This document shows, one piece after another, positions 9,886-22,519 of a DNA stretch of 64,000 bases. The notes under the pieces were generated by a model. The model was not told where the DNA came from. It worked only from the letters and a program-made list of their open reading frames with translations, and ran no database searches. A program made the position numbers and the translations under genes. The stretch comes from an uncultured candidate division Zixibacteria bacterium (GTDB lineage Bacteria; Zixibacteria; MSB-5A5; GN15; FEB-12). How positions within the stretch are numbered: the stretch's first letter is position 1; each line of letters starts with the position of its first letter. The DNA lies in contig CAVTJJ010000003.1 in the NCBI GenBank assembly GCA_963735035.1, positions 896,001 through 960,000 on the forward strand, in the 5' to 3' direction.

Positions 9886-12579
9886 ATGTCACGATCTTGG
9901 AGTCATTCGTACCTAATTGCTACGACCGCCGGTCTGGCGTTGCTTCTATTCCTGCCGGCACGAGCCGTGGAACCACCGGTGGTTCGCTATGATATTCAGG
10001 TCACTTTGGATGTACCTGGCAACACCTTGAACGGCCGCGAGACCATTCGCTATGTCAGCGGCGCCGACAGCAATCTAAGCGAGCTATACCTGCACGCCTA
10101 CCCCAACGCTTTCTCCGGCCGGGGAAGTACGCTCGCTCAGGAGATGGAGAGTATCTACCATGACTATTCCATCGCTCAGGCCCGGGCGGAGGAACTCGGT
10201 CGTATGGACATCGATTCAATCACGATCGATGGAGCTAATGCTTCTTACGAGATAGATGATACGTCAGTCAAGGTCAGACTTCCGCGACCGCTGGCTTCGC
10301 ATGATTCCCTGCTACTGGAGATCAACTTTGTCACGAAGATTCCTCTCATGTCTGGTCGGTTTCGCGCCCAGGATGGCAACTTCTCCATTGCTCAATGGTA
10401 CCCCAAGATTGCGGTGTACGACAGTACGGGCTGGCATCACGACTCGTATCACTTGACCGGTGAGTTCTACGGCGAGTTCGCGACCTACGATGTCGCCATC
10501 ACTCTTCCGGCCCAGTACTACATCGGCGCGACGGGTGAATATGTCGCGGGAGAAGGCGGCGACAACAACATGCCGACGCTTTCGGCCAATCGTGTCGGCG
10601 GTGAGGTTATACAGAAGGACTCCAGGCAGATCGCAAGTAGCAATCTGCCGTCAATGAAAACGCTTCACTTTCATGCTGAAGAAGTCCATGACTTCGCCTG
10701 GGTGGCATCCCCCGATTATCTCATAGACGAAACCGAATGGCGCGGGATAAGAGTCAAGGCGCTGGTACTTGCCCGCCACGCCCAGTCTCAATGGCGCAAT
10801 CTGCTCTCGTACGAAATTGCAGCCCTCAAGTTCTTTACCGGCAAAGTTGGAGAGTATCCCTATCCGACCCTGACAGTCGCCGAAGCCTATAATTATCCTA
10901 CCGGCGCCATGGAATATCCTTCGCTCGTCATGATGGATCCGGCGGCAGGTGTGCCGTTGACCCACGCCCTTGAATATGTCACCGTGCATGAGGTCGGCCA
11001 CAACTGGTTCTACGGGGCCTTAGCCAATAACGAACTGGACCAACCCTGGCTGGACGAAGGTTTCGAAGAGTATTTCACGCTCTGCTATGCGGAGCAAACC
11101 TACAAAAACGGCACCATCTTCGATATTCCCCGATCGGCTTCCCTGTTCCTGAATCTCCCCTATCGATGGACTCATGAGATCGATTACCGCTTGTTGCCGC
11201 CCACAATCCGGTCGAAACCGGTGAGCCTGCCGGCGTATCAGTTTGCCGATGAGCAGGAATACCGCGCTATCGCATACTCGAAGGGGGCGCTTTTTCTGGA
11301 ACGGTTACACAATTTCGTGGGTGACTCGACATTCAACCAGATCATGAGGTCTTACTACTCTGAGTACAAGTTCAAGCATGTAACTATTGCGGATTTCTGC
11401 AGTGTCGCCGACAGTGTCAGCGACCTGGACCTTAGTGTCTTGTCGGAGCCCTCGCTGTGTAGTTCTAATTCCCCCAGAAGTACCATTCAATCGGACACGA
11501 CTCAAGACTTCGATGCTAAGTCTATAAAGTTCGTGCGACCTCTCCAGCCGTTCGCATTCGCCGACCCCAATCATTATGTGGTTGGCCTCAATCCCAGCCT
11601 CTGGTACAACAAGGTCGATAAGATGCGAGTCGGCGTGCATCTGCAGAGTGGTTACCTGATGACCCGTGACTTGTTCTCGGCGAAAGTTATTTATGGAACC
11701 GCCTCCGGAAAGACCGGCTACCATGTCAGCTACTCAACTTACCTGCGAGATGCGCCGGATGTCAGAGTCACACTCAAAGACAGCTATGACGAAGGGGCGC
11801 GCAATTATTCTGTCGATATCGGTAACTCGCGGCCACGCAATCTCTTTTTGTCGGTACGGCCGTCGGTAGCGCCCGAGTTTCCGTCAGTTCATAACACATT
11901 GTCTTTGGCTTATAGTGATCAATTCGACCCCGCCTATTTCGATCCCAAGTACTATACGTTCGGCAAGACCATGATCCTGAGCCTTCATGGGAGCTACACG
12001 CAACGTGGCTACGAAGGTATTACCAGCGTCCACTACTTGTTCGCTCAGGGATTAGAGGCGCACGGGGCTGGGCCTGCTTTCAAGAAAGGCTATTTGAGTC
12101 TCGGACAGGATCTTCGGTTGTTGCGAACCGGGGAATTGGTGATGACAATTCGCGGTGCGGCCGGTGTCATGTCGGAAGGTGCTCCGAAACAGGAGCAGTT
12201 CGCGGTCGGATATGGGGTACCGAGGTCAACCGTAGATCCGATCGGCCAGTATGTTGCGAGTGGCGGCGGTGGAGTGCGAGGTTACCAGAATGATGCGGTT
12301 CTGGGACACCGGTTGTTTGCCGCCAATCTGGAATTAAGCTCCGAACGACTGTACCTGGGGCTGCCGCTATTGGATCCGAGGCTGTTTTTCGATATCGGCC
12401 GGGTCAATAACCCTGAAACGTCGCGGCTGGCGAACAGGACTCTGTGCGACGCTGGGATCGAATTCCGAGCTCTCGACGTGCTGAGATTGAGTTTTCCCCT
12501 ATGGCTGAGCGATCCCTCTGACGACCACAGGCAATTTGATTTTCGAGTGGTGGCACGCATTGTGCCTCCCGGACATTGA
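9886..12579 (+). CDS. Secreted M1-family zinc aminopeptidase with C-terminal beta-strand-rich domain
   Basis: Signal peptide; GAMEYP; HEVGHNWF...WLDEG; YSKG. Confidence 0.9.
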   Translation: MSRSWSHSYLIATTAGLALLLFLPARAVEPPVVRYDIQVTLDVPGNTLNGRETIRYVSGADSNLSELYLHAYPNAFSGRGSTLAQEMESIYHDYSIAQARAEELGRMDIDSITIDGANASYEIDDTSVKVRLPRPLASHDSLLLEINFVTKIPLMSGRFRAQDGNFSIAQWYPKIAVYDSTGWHHDSYHLTGEFYGEFATYDVAITLPAQYYIGATGEYVAGEGGDNNMPTLSANRVGGEVIQKDSRQIASSNLPSMKTLHFHAEEVHDFAWVASPDYLIDETEWRGIRVKALVLARHAQSQWRNLLSYEIAALKFFTGKVGEYPYPTLTVAEAYNYPTGAMEYPSLVMMDPAAGVPLTHALEYVTVHEVGHNWFYGALANNELDQPWLDEGFEEYFTLCYAEQTYKNGTIFDIPRSASLFLNLPYRWTHEIDYRLLPPTIRSKPVSLPAYQFADEQEYRAIAYSKGALFLERLHNFVGDSTFNQIMRSYYSEYKFKHVTIADFCSVADSVSDLDLSVLSEPSLCSSNSPRSTIQSDTTQDFDAKSIKFVRPLQPFAFADPNHYVVGLNPSLWYNKVDKMRVGVHLQSGYLMTRDLFSAKVIYGTASGKTGYHVSYSTYLRDAPDVRVTLKDSYDEGARNYSVDIGNSRPRNLFLSVRPSVAPEFPSVHNTLSLAYSDQFDPAYFDPKYYTFGKTMILSLHGSYTQRGYEGITSVHYLFAQGLEAHGAGPAFKKGYLSLGQDLRLLRTGELVMTIRGAAGVMSEGAPKQEQFAVGYGVPRSTVDPIGQYVASGGGGVRGYQNDAVLGHRLFAANLELSSERLYLGLPLLDPRLFFDIGRVNNPETSRLANRTLCDAGIEFRALDVLRLSFPLWLSDPSDDHRQFDFRVVARIVPPGH

Positions 12580-12594
12580 CAGGCTCCAGGCACA

Positions 12595-13553
12595 TCAGTG
12601 ATCTGACTTGGCCGCCACCGCCTGGATATCTAGAGTCGACCTGAATCCCTGCGCCAACTTGGTGGCCGGACCTACTCCCCAATAGTGCAGAAATATCAGG
12701 CGCGGAGTCTCTTCGTCCATGTGGTTATGAATGGCCACCACGTTGATCCCTGCCTGACGCAGGTCCTTGAGCACGGGCTGCAATTCACTCTCAGAAGTCG
12801 CAAAGTCACCGTCGATGATAGCATGCGAATCGTTGCCCATAAACGCCACCCAAGTGTTGATTCCCATCTCTTTCCCGAGCAGTGCAGCCACATGCCATCT
12901 TGACCGACCGCCCAAAGACAAACTTGGCCATGCCGTTCTTGACGCTTCCCTTGGCTCCCAGAATCTGTTCGAGCGGGGCAACCGTGATACTGCTCGTACC
13001 AATATCCCCCGATGAGCCAAATCCCGTCGCCGGAGTGGAATGTTCGGAGCGGATTGTCTTGATCTTGTCCAAAGTAGCCCGTACCGTCTTGACAAATCCG
13101 TCCAGCTTTCCGTCACCACCGATATGCATGAAGAAGACCGGCGGATCGCTGTAGAAGAAGTGATTGTGCAACGCGGTGACCGCCACGCCGCCGTCAAGCA
13201 GGACACTCATAACAGGATTGACTTCGTCCTGGAACAGCACCAGGTCACCCATGACCATGGCTGAATCGTCGCTTTGCTGAAAACCGACCCAGGTCGTCAG
13301 GCCCATGAACGGGGGAAGCGTGACACCGTCGACCTTGACCGGCACGTCTGTCCGGGGCCAACTAACTTTGTAGACACCCTCGTCGGCCGTCCAGACACCT
13401 AACGTCCCCAACCCTTTAGCAATCAGGGCAGTGTCAAGAGTCCCGGTGTGATCAGGGTTACCCCCCTGCGCCTGCAGATGGGTGACAGACATTATTGTCA
13501 TCAGAAGGAAGGCCGCTGCAATCCTTTCGAGCGGCCTGCATTATCGGTTGCAT
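12595..13553 (-). pseudogene. DUF1259 (LppY/LpqO-like) two-repeat protein, frameshifted (likely assembly error)
   Basis: The halves carry ALHNHF...FMHI and AIHNHM...FLHYW in different frames (shift near 12880-12900). The RBS-preceded ATG at 13553 is also out of frame. Confidence 0.75.
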
Positions 13554-13831
13554 AACGACTCCTTTCATTTGCCTCATACTGCAACAAAACACAACCCGCG
13601 GAGTGCCTCGAAAATGGACTTCTGATGGCATCGGGCAGTCGTCCCGACAATCACACTTCAGCCCACCATAAATTGCCTTGAAACCGGAGTCTTCTCACCA
13701 CATACTGTGTATAACGGTTGAATTGTGGGAGCAAATTTGGACGCTGTGGATATGGAGCGGGCCGGCCGGCTCACGGCCGACCGCTTGTTTGCCGCAACAC
13801 GTCAACCTCGAAACATTATTGGGAGAGAATC

Positions 13832-16800
13832 ATGACTGAGGCGAATCGTCAGTGGCTGGTTCGTTTTGTGACCGGCCGGAGTCGGGTCGGAATGGTCGCG
13901 GTGGCGACCGTCGGTGTGGCTCTTGTTCTTCTGGTATCAAACATTACTAGTCTGCCCGACAACGAAATACGAGTCGTTTCCTTTGAGCCAACCGGCTGGG
14001 TGGAACTGAAAACCAACTTTACCGTCAAGTTCTCCAAGGCGATGGTCGCCAAGGACAGCCTCAACCTCCCGATGACCGATCCGCCCGTGCTCTTCTCCCC
14101 GCCGATTCCAGGTCTGGCGCGCTGGATCGACACCGATGTGCTTCGTTTCTTCCCCGACGCCAGCCTTCGACCCTGCCACCCAGTACACCGCAAAGGCCGA
14201 GTCAAACAAGACCTGGGCGTGTGGGTTCAAGATTGTCGACAAGACTGAGTTCTCGTTTCGCACACCTAATCTCAAGGTTGATATTCGACGCACCGGTACC
14301 GAACGAGACGAAACCGCGCCAGGCATGGTCCGCTTAACCGTAGACCTAGCCTTCAACTACCCGGTGGGGGTGGAAGAACTCCGTCGGCGGCTGAAAATAA
14401 AGGGGGATGACGGTGCCGTCGCGTCCGAGCTCGAGTACACTCTGAAGGCGCGTAGCGAAGAAGGGCGAACGCCGGGCGACCAGTCGGGGCTGGCTGCACC
14501 GGTCAGGGAAGTCTATGCTAATCGGATCACCGTAGTCAGCGAGCCCTTCGAGCAGACAACTTCCAAACAGGAATATGAATTGTCAATTGACGGGGATCTG
14601 ATTTGTAGAGACTGCGGCGACGCCATGAAAGATGACTTCAAGCAGATCGTGTATGTCGATCCGAGGCGTCCGCTGGAAGTCAACAACGTAGGGCCGAACA
14701 CTGAACCGACCGGCAGTTCTATCCGATTTTATTTTTCCGAAAGCGTGGCGCTCGACCAGGCGAAACCGTTCATATCAATCGACCCGGCCATTGCTTTCAC
14801 AATTGAGGAGGAATACGGCTCGCTAACTCTTCGTGGTGCATTCATGCCTGGGATGGCAGTCACGGTCAACGTCGGCCACGGCCTCAAAGCCATTTCCGGC
14901 GCAGTCCTTGATCGCGATTTCTCGACCCGGGTCGTCTTCCCGGACATGCCGCCCACCATCGCGTTTTCTTCGAAGGCCGTTTTCTTGCCGCGACTGGGGA
15001 ACGGTCTCCTAGAATTCAAGACTATCAACATCAAGAAGCTCGCGGTGGAAGTAGAGCAGATATTCCCCAACAACCTGGTCTATTTTCTAACATCGGGGTA
15101 CGGCGACTATGACGAATACTACCGGTCTCCGTCGGTCGTGCTCGGACGGACCTTCTTTGTGAAAGATGTGGACGTTGAAGCACCGACGAATGAGCCGCTC
15201 CTGACCACGGTGGATTTGAAGAGTATCATCGGGGATTCCGCGCAGGGCATCTTCAAGATTTCAGTCCGTAACCGTGACCAGCGCTGGACTTCTGATAGCC
15301 GCTTTGCGATGCTGACCGACATCGGCATTACCGCCCGACTGGCGGATGACTACCTGATGGTCTGGGCGAATTCTCTCGCCACCTCCACCCCGATCTCCGG
15401 CGCTTCGGTTGCCCTGATTAGCCGCAACAATCAGACCCTGGTCGAGGGGAAGACCGACTCACGCGGCATAGCGACTTTCGAGAATATTAAAGACAAGTTG
15501 ACCGGCTTCGAACCGTTTGTGATCAGGGTATCGCGCACCGACGAAATGGCTTTTGTTCGTTTGGACGAAAGTCTGCTACCCCTAAGCGATTTCGACGTCG
15601 CCGGGCGACCATATCTTGCCTCGGGCTACGAAGCTTTTGTGTACGCCGACCGCGGTGTTTACCGCCCAGGCGACACCGCGCATCTAGTGTCCATCGTTCG
15701 AGGCGTGAAATCGGCCCTACCGCCCGCGTTCCCGTATTCGCTCACGATCTATGACAATCGGGGACGCAAGTTCACCAGTTTTCGGCTCTCTACCGGCGGC
15801 TCGTCAATGGCGGCGATTGATCTAGTCGTGCCGGATTTCGCCGGCTCGGGCAAATACACGGCGGTGGCGGAGATCGGCGAAGAAGTACAGATCGGGCGCA
15901 CCGAGTTCCAGGTCGAAGAATTCATGCCGGATCGAATCAAGGTGGTGCTGACAACTCCTTCGCATGACTACAATTCGGGCGACACGATCCAAGCCGAGGT
16001 CGGAGCTAAATATCTTTTCGGACCACCAGCGGCCAACCACAAAGTGGCCGGTCACTTGACAATCGAACCGCAGGCTTTCACCCCCAAGGGCTGGACAAAG
16101 TTCTGCTTCAGCGACAACAACCGCACCTTCACTCGCATGGAAGTTGATCTTCGTGACACGATCCTGAATGACACCGGCGGACATACTTACACCTACGTTG
16201 TTCCGGACAAGCTGACGGCCCCGTCGGCGCTCAAGGGTCTGCTGTCAGCCACGGTGTCTGAGGAGGGCGGTCGCGGCATAAGCGCGTATGCCGAAGTCAC
16301 TATCCACCCCTACCAGAGATATGTCGGCGTACGTTTAGATATGGAAGGCTATGCCCGGCTCGGTGAACCGGTGACGGCGCAGATCGTCTGTGTTGGCCGC
16401 GACGGCACCGCCGTGGCAGGTGATTCTGTCGACATCAAGTTCTACCAGGTCGTCTACAACACGACTTACAAGCGGGACAAGGGCGGATTCGGCCGCTATG
16501 TTTCGGAGAGGCGGCTGCAGGTGCGGGATTCATCGGTGCAGTCCGTTACGATTGACGGCGTCACGATCTCTTTCACACCCAATGACTATGGCCAATATGA
16601 AGTCGTTGCCTCTGATCGAGCCACGGGCCATTCGGCTTCAGTTGATTTCTACGCCTCCGGATGGGGGTACGCGCCGTGGGCCCTGACAAATCCCGACAAG
16701 ATCAAGCTGCAACTCGACAAGGAGTTCTACCCCACCGGAAGTAAAGCGCTGTTGCAGGTGCAGGCCCCGTTCGGCGGGAAGCTCCTTCTGACAATCGAGA

Positions 16801-19315
16801 AAGACAAGGTTCTCGAGACTATCACACGCGATATACCTGAAAACACTGCCGAGATCGAACTGCCAGTCAAGTCTGACTACTTCCCTAATGTATATATCAC
16901 AGCGGCGGTAGTACGAGGCGCGAACGACCTTGAGCCGAATATGCCCGTCCGCGCGTTCGGGGTGATGCCACTTCGAATGCAGACCGACAGCAAGCGCCTT
17001 AACATCACTATGACCGCTCCGCAGGTGGTCAAGCCGAAGAGCGGCATCACGGTCAATCTGCAGATCAACCGGCCGAAGGTTACCCAGTTGACTCTGGCCG
17101 CAGTCGACGCCGGTATTCTCCAACTGACCGATTTTGTCACACCAGATCCAATGGAGTTCTTCTACGGCAAGAAGCAACCCCGCCTCAATCCGTACGATAT
17201 GTATGCGCTCATCTATCCGCACGTCGATCAGGCTACGAACCAGATCAGACCGGGCGGTGACAAGATGTTCGCCGCCGGACGTAAGCGGCATTTGAACCCG
17301 ATCACGGCTCGACGGGTGAAGCCGGTTGCTCTTTGGTCGGGCCTGATTCAAACCGACCCGAACGGCCAGGCGACCGCTTCGTTTACGCTGCCTGAATTCA
17401 ACGGCAAACTCGTCCTGATGGCGGTGGCGGCGCAGGACGATCTCTTTGGTTCCGCAACCGGCGAAATCACCGTGCGTGACAAGATCGTTTTGCAGGAGAG
17501 TTTCCCGCGTTTCGTCAGTCCGAACGATGTGTTCGTCGGCCTGGTCACGGTATTCAACAACACCGGCCAGAAGGCGGACATCACGGTCACTGCCACTCCG
17601 TCCGGGCCGGTCACACTCATCTCCCCTGCGACTGAAAGCATCACACTCGAAAACAATCGCGAAGGTAATATTGAGTTCCGATGCAAAGCCGGCGAGAGTA
17701 CCGGGCAAGATACAATTCACAATTGCAGGGGAAGCAACCGGCGAACAGGCCTCTCTTTCTATCGAGCTGGCGAATCGTCCGGCCCAGCCGCTGTCATTAA
17801 CTTATGGAGCAGGTGTCGCTACCCGCACCAAGGCTGCTGAATTCACGTTCCCCGGCAACTGGCTCAAGGGCACCGACCAGTACGTGCTGAAGACTTCGTC
17901 CATCCCGGCGGTATCGTTTGCCCGTAATGTGCAGTACCTGCTGTCGTATCCGTACGGCTGCCTGGAACAGACCACCTCAAGAATATTTCCGCTGCTCTAT
18001 TTCAATGATCTCGTCAAGGTAGTCGAGCCCTCGATGTTCGGTGGTCACGGGCCTCAATATTTCATCCAGGAGGGTATCCAGCGCCTGAACAGCATGTTCC
18101 TTCCAGACAAGTCCTTCTCGTTCTGGCCGAGCGGGAATTACAGCAACAACTGGTCGACCATCTATGCATCACACTGCATCTCCGAAGCTTCTCGCGCCGG
18201 CTACTATGTTGACAAGAAATTCCTTTCGGATATCTATGACCATCTGGAGGACATGGCCCAGGGCAAGAGTGCCCAGGATCTTACCGATGTCCATCGTGTC
18301 TACGCTGCGTATGTCCTCGCGCAAGCCGACAAACTGCCGCAGCGCGTGGTGTCCTATCTGAAGAATCTCGATCCCTCGACCCTTCAGCCGTATACCCGCT
18401 ACCAGTTGGCGGCCGCGCTCGCGCTGAGCGGAAATATGAGCGAAGCGATGAAACTCATCCCTGCTTCAATCCAACCGAACCTGTTCGAACCGGAGACCGG
18501 CGGAAACTTCAATTCGGGAACGCGCACCGATGCGATCTTGCTGGAGCTGCTCCTGGCGATCTCGCCGGAGGATCCGTCGATTGAAGTGTTGGCCAGGTCA
18601 TTGATGCAGCGGTCGTCGTTAAATCAATGGTACACGACCCAGGACAATGCCTTCGCCCTCATGGCGCTCGGCAAGTATTTCAAACAAAAGTCCAGTTTCG
18701 CGTTCAAAGGTCAAATCATCATCGACGGCGACAAGAGCTACCGGATCGACTCAGTCCGGGTTTAGTCTTACCCGCGACGACCTGGCAGGACGCAAAGTGT
18801 CGCTGTCGGTCAACGAAGGCGACGGATCCTGTTTCTACTACTGGCAGGCCAGCGGCATTCCGACGTCGTCCACTATCGAGGAATTCGATCACGGCATGGT
18901 TGTGCGAAGACAGTATCTTGATGAAAACGGCCAGCCAATCAATCTGGACAGCGTGCCTCTGGGCACTCAGATCGTGGCGGTAATTTCTGCCAAAGCAATC
19001 GACAAGCGACTGGATTACGTCGTCATCAATGATCTGCTTCCTGCCGGCTTCGAAGTTGAGAATCCGCGCCTGAAGACCACCCCCCGCTTGTCATGGGTGC
19101 CTTCCCAGGCGCAGTCGGCCGAGTACATGGACATTCGCGATGATCGTTTGCTGATCTTCACGTCGCTCAATCCCGGCTACGAAGCGAAGTTCTATTACAG
19201 CTTGCGGGCCACTTGCGCCGGCGAATTCAAAGTGCCGCCGGTGGCGGCTGAGTGTATGTACAACCCGCTCATGGCCAGCTCATCGTCCTCCGGTGCGGTG
19301 ACTATTGTGCGCTAG
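13832..19315 (+). pseudogene. Bacterial alpha-2-macroglobulin, split by 3 frameshifts (about 14172, 17697, 18752; likely assembly errors)
   Basis: MG-domain motifs DRGVYRPGD and EEFMPDR, thioester YPYGCLEQ, WYTTQDNA, and C-terminal DLLPAGFEVEN / PPVAAECMY lie across four overlapping ORFs. Confidence 0.9.
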
Positions 19316-19329
19316 TCAGAGATGTGACC

Positions 19330-21675
19330 ATGAAACTCGTCGACATAAGACAATGGTGGCAAAACAGGGGGCGTCGGACGCGACGCCTTCTGTTGTCGGG
19401 CGCGACTGTCGTCTTCGTTCTGGCCGCACTCAACTGGGTTGTCTTCCCTCTGCCCAAGCATCTACTGAAACGCTCCGGCTCGGCATTTGTCTACAGTCGC
19501 GACGGTCAACTGTTGAATTGCTTTACTTCTTCAGATCGATTCTGGCGCAAGCCGGTGAAGCTTGACGCAACTGTCACCCCTGCTGGTGAAGAGCGTTCTG
19601 GTCTGTGAGGATCGCTGGTACTACTGGCATCCGGGGTTCAATCCGGTGTCACTGGTAGAAGCGACGATTGACAACGTTCAGGCGGGGCGGTTTGTTCGCG
19701 GCGGATCGACGCTCACTATGCAGATCGCGCGCATGATCGAGCCGAAAGAACGTACGCTGCCTAACAAGCTTCTCGAGATATGCCGCGCCGTGCAGTTGGA
19801 ATTGAGTTATTCCAAGGATGATCTTCTCGAGATGTATTTCAATCTCGCGCCGTACGGCGGCAATATCGAAGGGATCGGCGCCGCGGCTTATCTCTATTTC
19901 GGCAAGAGCCCCGATCGATTGTCGATGTCGGAAGTTGCCGTGCTGACCGCCCTCCCGGCCTCGCCTACGAAACTTCGCCCGGACCGCGACCTGAACGCTT
20001 GCCTCGCCCGGCGTAATATGGTGCTCGTCCGACTGCGCGACGAGAAGCTAATTACGAAGAGCGAGTACGAGCAGGCGCTGCGTGAAGAAGTGCCGGTCTT
20101 ACGGGTCAGTCCGGTCGTATCGGCGCCTCACTTCTGCCAGAGCGTGTTGGCCGCCCATCCGGACGAATCAGAGATTCACTCCACTCTCGACTACAGCATT
20201 GCAGGTGACCTGCGAGCGACTGGCGCGCAACTACCAGATTGGCTTGGCTTCGAAAGGAATCCAGAATCTGGCCCTGGTTGTTCTAGACAATCGCTACCGG
20301 CGAACTGCGCGCGATGGTCGGTTCAGCCGATTTCGCCGACGTCGATAATCATGGGCAGGTAAACGGGGCACTGGCTCCACGCTCACCCGGCTCGGCGCTC
20401 AAGCCGTTTGTCTATGCTCTGGGATTCGACAAGGGTCTGATTTCGCCGGCACTGAAAGTCGAAGATCTGCCGATCAGTTACGCTGGTTATATTCCAGTCA
20501 ATTACGACGAGCAGTATCATGGGGTAGTTTCTGTATCCGAGGCGCTCATACAATCCCTCAATGTCCCGGCCGTGAATCTCACGGCTAAAGTCGGTCTTGG
20601 AGAAATGTGCAATTTACTCCGCACAGGTGGCATCACAACGCTCACGCGCAAACCGAATGAATACGGTCTGCCGCTGATTCTCGGCTCATGCGAAGTAAAT
20701 CTTCTTGAGTTGAGCAACCTCTATGCATCTCTCGCCCGCGGCGGTCTTAGCCTGCCGGTGAAATTCACGTTAGATGCTCCGTCGGGCCAGCCGGTCAGAC
20801 TGTTCTCAGAAGAAGCCAGCTTTCTTGTGGCGGAGATTCTGGCGGAATTGAAACGACCGGATTTGCCGAGCAGTTGGGAATTTACAGTCGACCTGCCGAA
20901 ACTCGCCTGGAAGACCGGCACATCCTACGGCCGCAAAGACGCCTGGGCGATCGGCTACGATCCGGATTTCACGGTCGGGGTCTGGGCGGGGAATTTCTCG
21001 GCCGAAGGCTCGATTGCGATTGTCGGCGCTGAAGCCGCCGCGCCGCTCATGTTCGATGTCTTCGCCACCCTCAAACCTGATGGCACCGACTCCTGGTTCA
21101 AGATGCCGTCAGGAATCGACGAACGCTCGGTCTGTGCGGTCAGCGGCCAGGTCAACTCGGAGGCTTGCCCGGATGCCATCGGCGAACACTACATCGTGGG
21201 AGTCTCGTCGAACACAAAGTGCACGGTTCATCAAACGATTCTTGTCGATACGAACTCCGGCTACACGGTCTGTCGCGGTTGTGCGATAGCGGGTCACAGC
21301 ACAGAAACAACGGTGGAGAACTGGCCGCCCCGGCTGGCAGCATGGTTGGCCGGAAAGGGCATCGTCAATTTCCAACCGCCCCACAACCCGGAATGTCGCG
21401 GTGAGCTGGCGGGCGACGGACCGGTGATCGTCTCGCCCGAGCGCGACGCGATTTATTCCCTTCGGGCGAGTGCCCCGAAAGAGTATCAGCACATTCTCTT
21501 TCAAGCCTCGTTGCCTTTGGACAGCCGCCAGGCGCATTGGTTTGTCGACGGTCAATTGTTCGCGACGGCGCCTTCGGACAGCTGCGTATTCTATCTGCCG
21601 GAAAAGGGACGTCATCACGTGATGTGTATTGATTCGTATGGTCGTTCGGCGAGCGTGAATATACAGGTGCAGTGA
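19330..21675 (+). pseudogene. pbpC: Penicillin-binding protein 1C, split by 3 frameshifts (about 19562, 20195, 20295; likely assembly errors)
   Basis: Transglycosylase motifs EDRWYY, GGSTLTMQ and LAPYGGNIEG; transpeptidase SALK, SLN and KTGTS; directly downstream of alpha-2-macroglobulin. Confidence 0.9.
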
Positions 21676-21794
21676 GAGGGGCGACCTTTGGAGCGAGGTT
21701 TACTCGGTGTTCTCGCTCGTCTGAGCCGTGATGTGTTCTCCTAGTTTGCTGAACTACGACAGGCAAGGAATAGATGAGAAGAACGGCCGTAAGG

Positions 21795-21828
21795 CCGTCA
21801 CCCCGGTGCAAACCGGGGCCCAGTTGTG
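21795..21828 (+). repeat. REP-like hairpin, left copy
   Basis: CCGTCA-CCCCGGT-GCAA-ACCGGGG-CCCAGTTGTG, an inverted match to 22414-22447. Confidence 0.8.
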
Positions 21829-21910
21829 ATTGCATGAAAGCAAGAGTCAAGGTTCGCAGTGATGCTTGCAGAAGGGATTTGCACACTCACCGTTCTCAAT
21901 TCCAACTTGG

Positions 21911-22201
21911 CTATCTGAAGAGATCCTCATACAGATCACGCCAGCCCGGATTGACACGTTCGATCATATTGATCTTAATCATACGCTTTCGTTCTTTTCA
22001 CCGCTTTGCCGCCATTATGGCTTCTCGAATGTCCGCATGATACTCATAATAGACCAACAACTTAACCCCATATCGTGCTGTGAATCCGGGAATGAGGCCT
22101 TGGCGGTGTGCCTCCACGCGCTGAGTCAAGTTTGTGGTAACGCCTACATAGAGAGTACCATTTCGTCGACTGGCCATTATGTACACATATGCTGGCTTCA
22201 T
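21911..22201 (-). pseudogene. GIY-YIG nuclease with an in-frame TGA
   Basis: MKPAYVYIMASRRNGTLYVGVT...LLVYYE...AAKR*KERKRMIKINMIERVNPGWRDLYEDLFR. Homology continues in the same frame past the TGA at 21998-22000. Confidence 0.85.
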
Positions 22202-22413
22202 AATGTTTGCGGCTGTGCTCAATACAGCACATTGCCGCATAACCTCTGGTCTGGTGACACTTGGGTCAACTTTGTCCGAGAGATTGACGCATAGTGGACT
22301 GACAGGGTGTGTCAGTGATAATCGAAAGATGTCAGGAAATTGACCGATAGCAGATTAAGAGAAGAATCCCTTCGCAGGATCCGTAAGAACATCCGCGCCA
22401 TAACCCTTGCCAA

Positions 22414-22447
22414 CACAACTGGGTCCCGACTTTCGTCGGGATGACGG
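22414..22447 (-). repeat. REP-like hairpin, right copy
   Basis: The reverse complement reads CCGTCA-TCCCGAC-GAAA-GTCGGGA-CCCAGTTGTG. Confidence 0.8.
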
Positions 22448-22519
22448 GTCTGCGACCCGTCAATCTATTCAGGTGTCATACTTGTTTCTTTGTCATGTCG
22501 GCGGTTCAGGCGCTGTAGC

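Noticed and set aside
16638..17720. Long antisense ORFs (e.g. 16638-17720, 29466-30365, 36063-36812)
   Set aside because: They are shadow frames of well-supported genes in GC-rich DNA.
21998..22000. Recoding (Sec or Trp) of the in-frame TGA in the GIY-YIG gene
   Set aside because: TGA is used as a normal stop in many genes here, the position is not a Cys-type site and no SECIS is evident. A nonsense change or base error is simpler.
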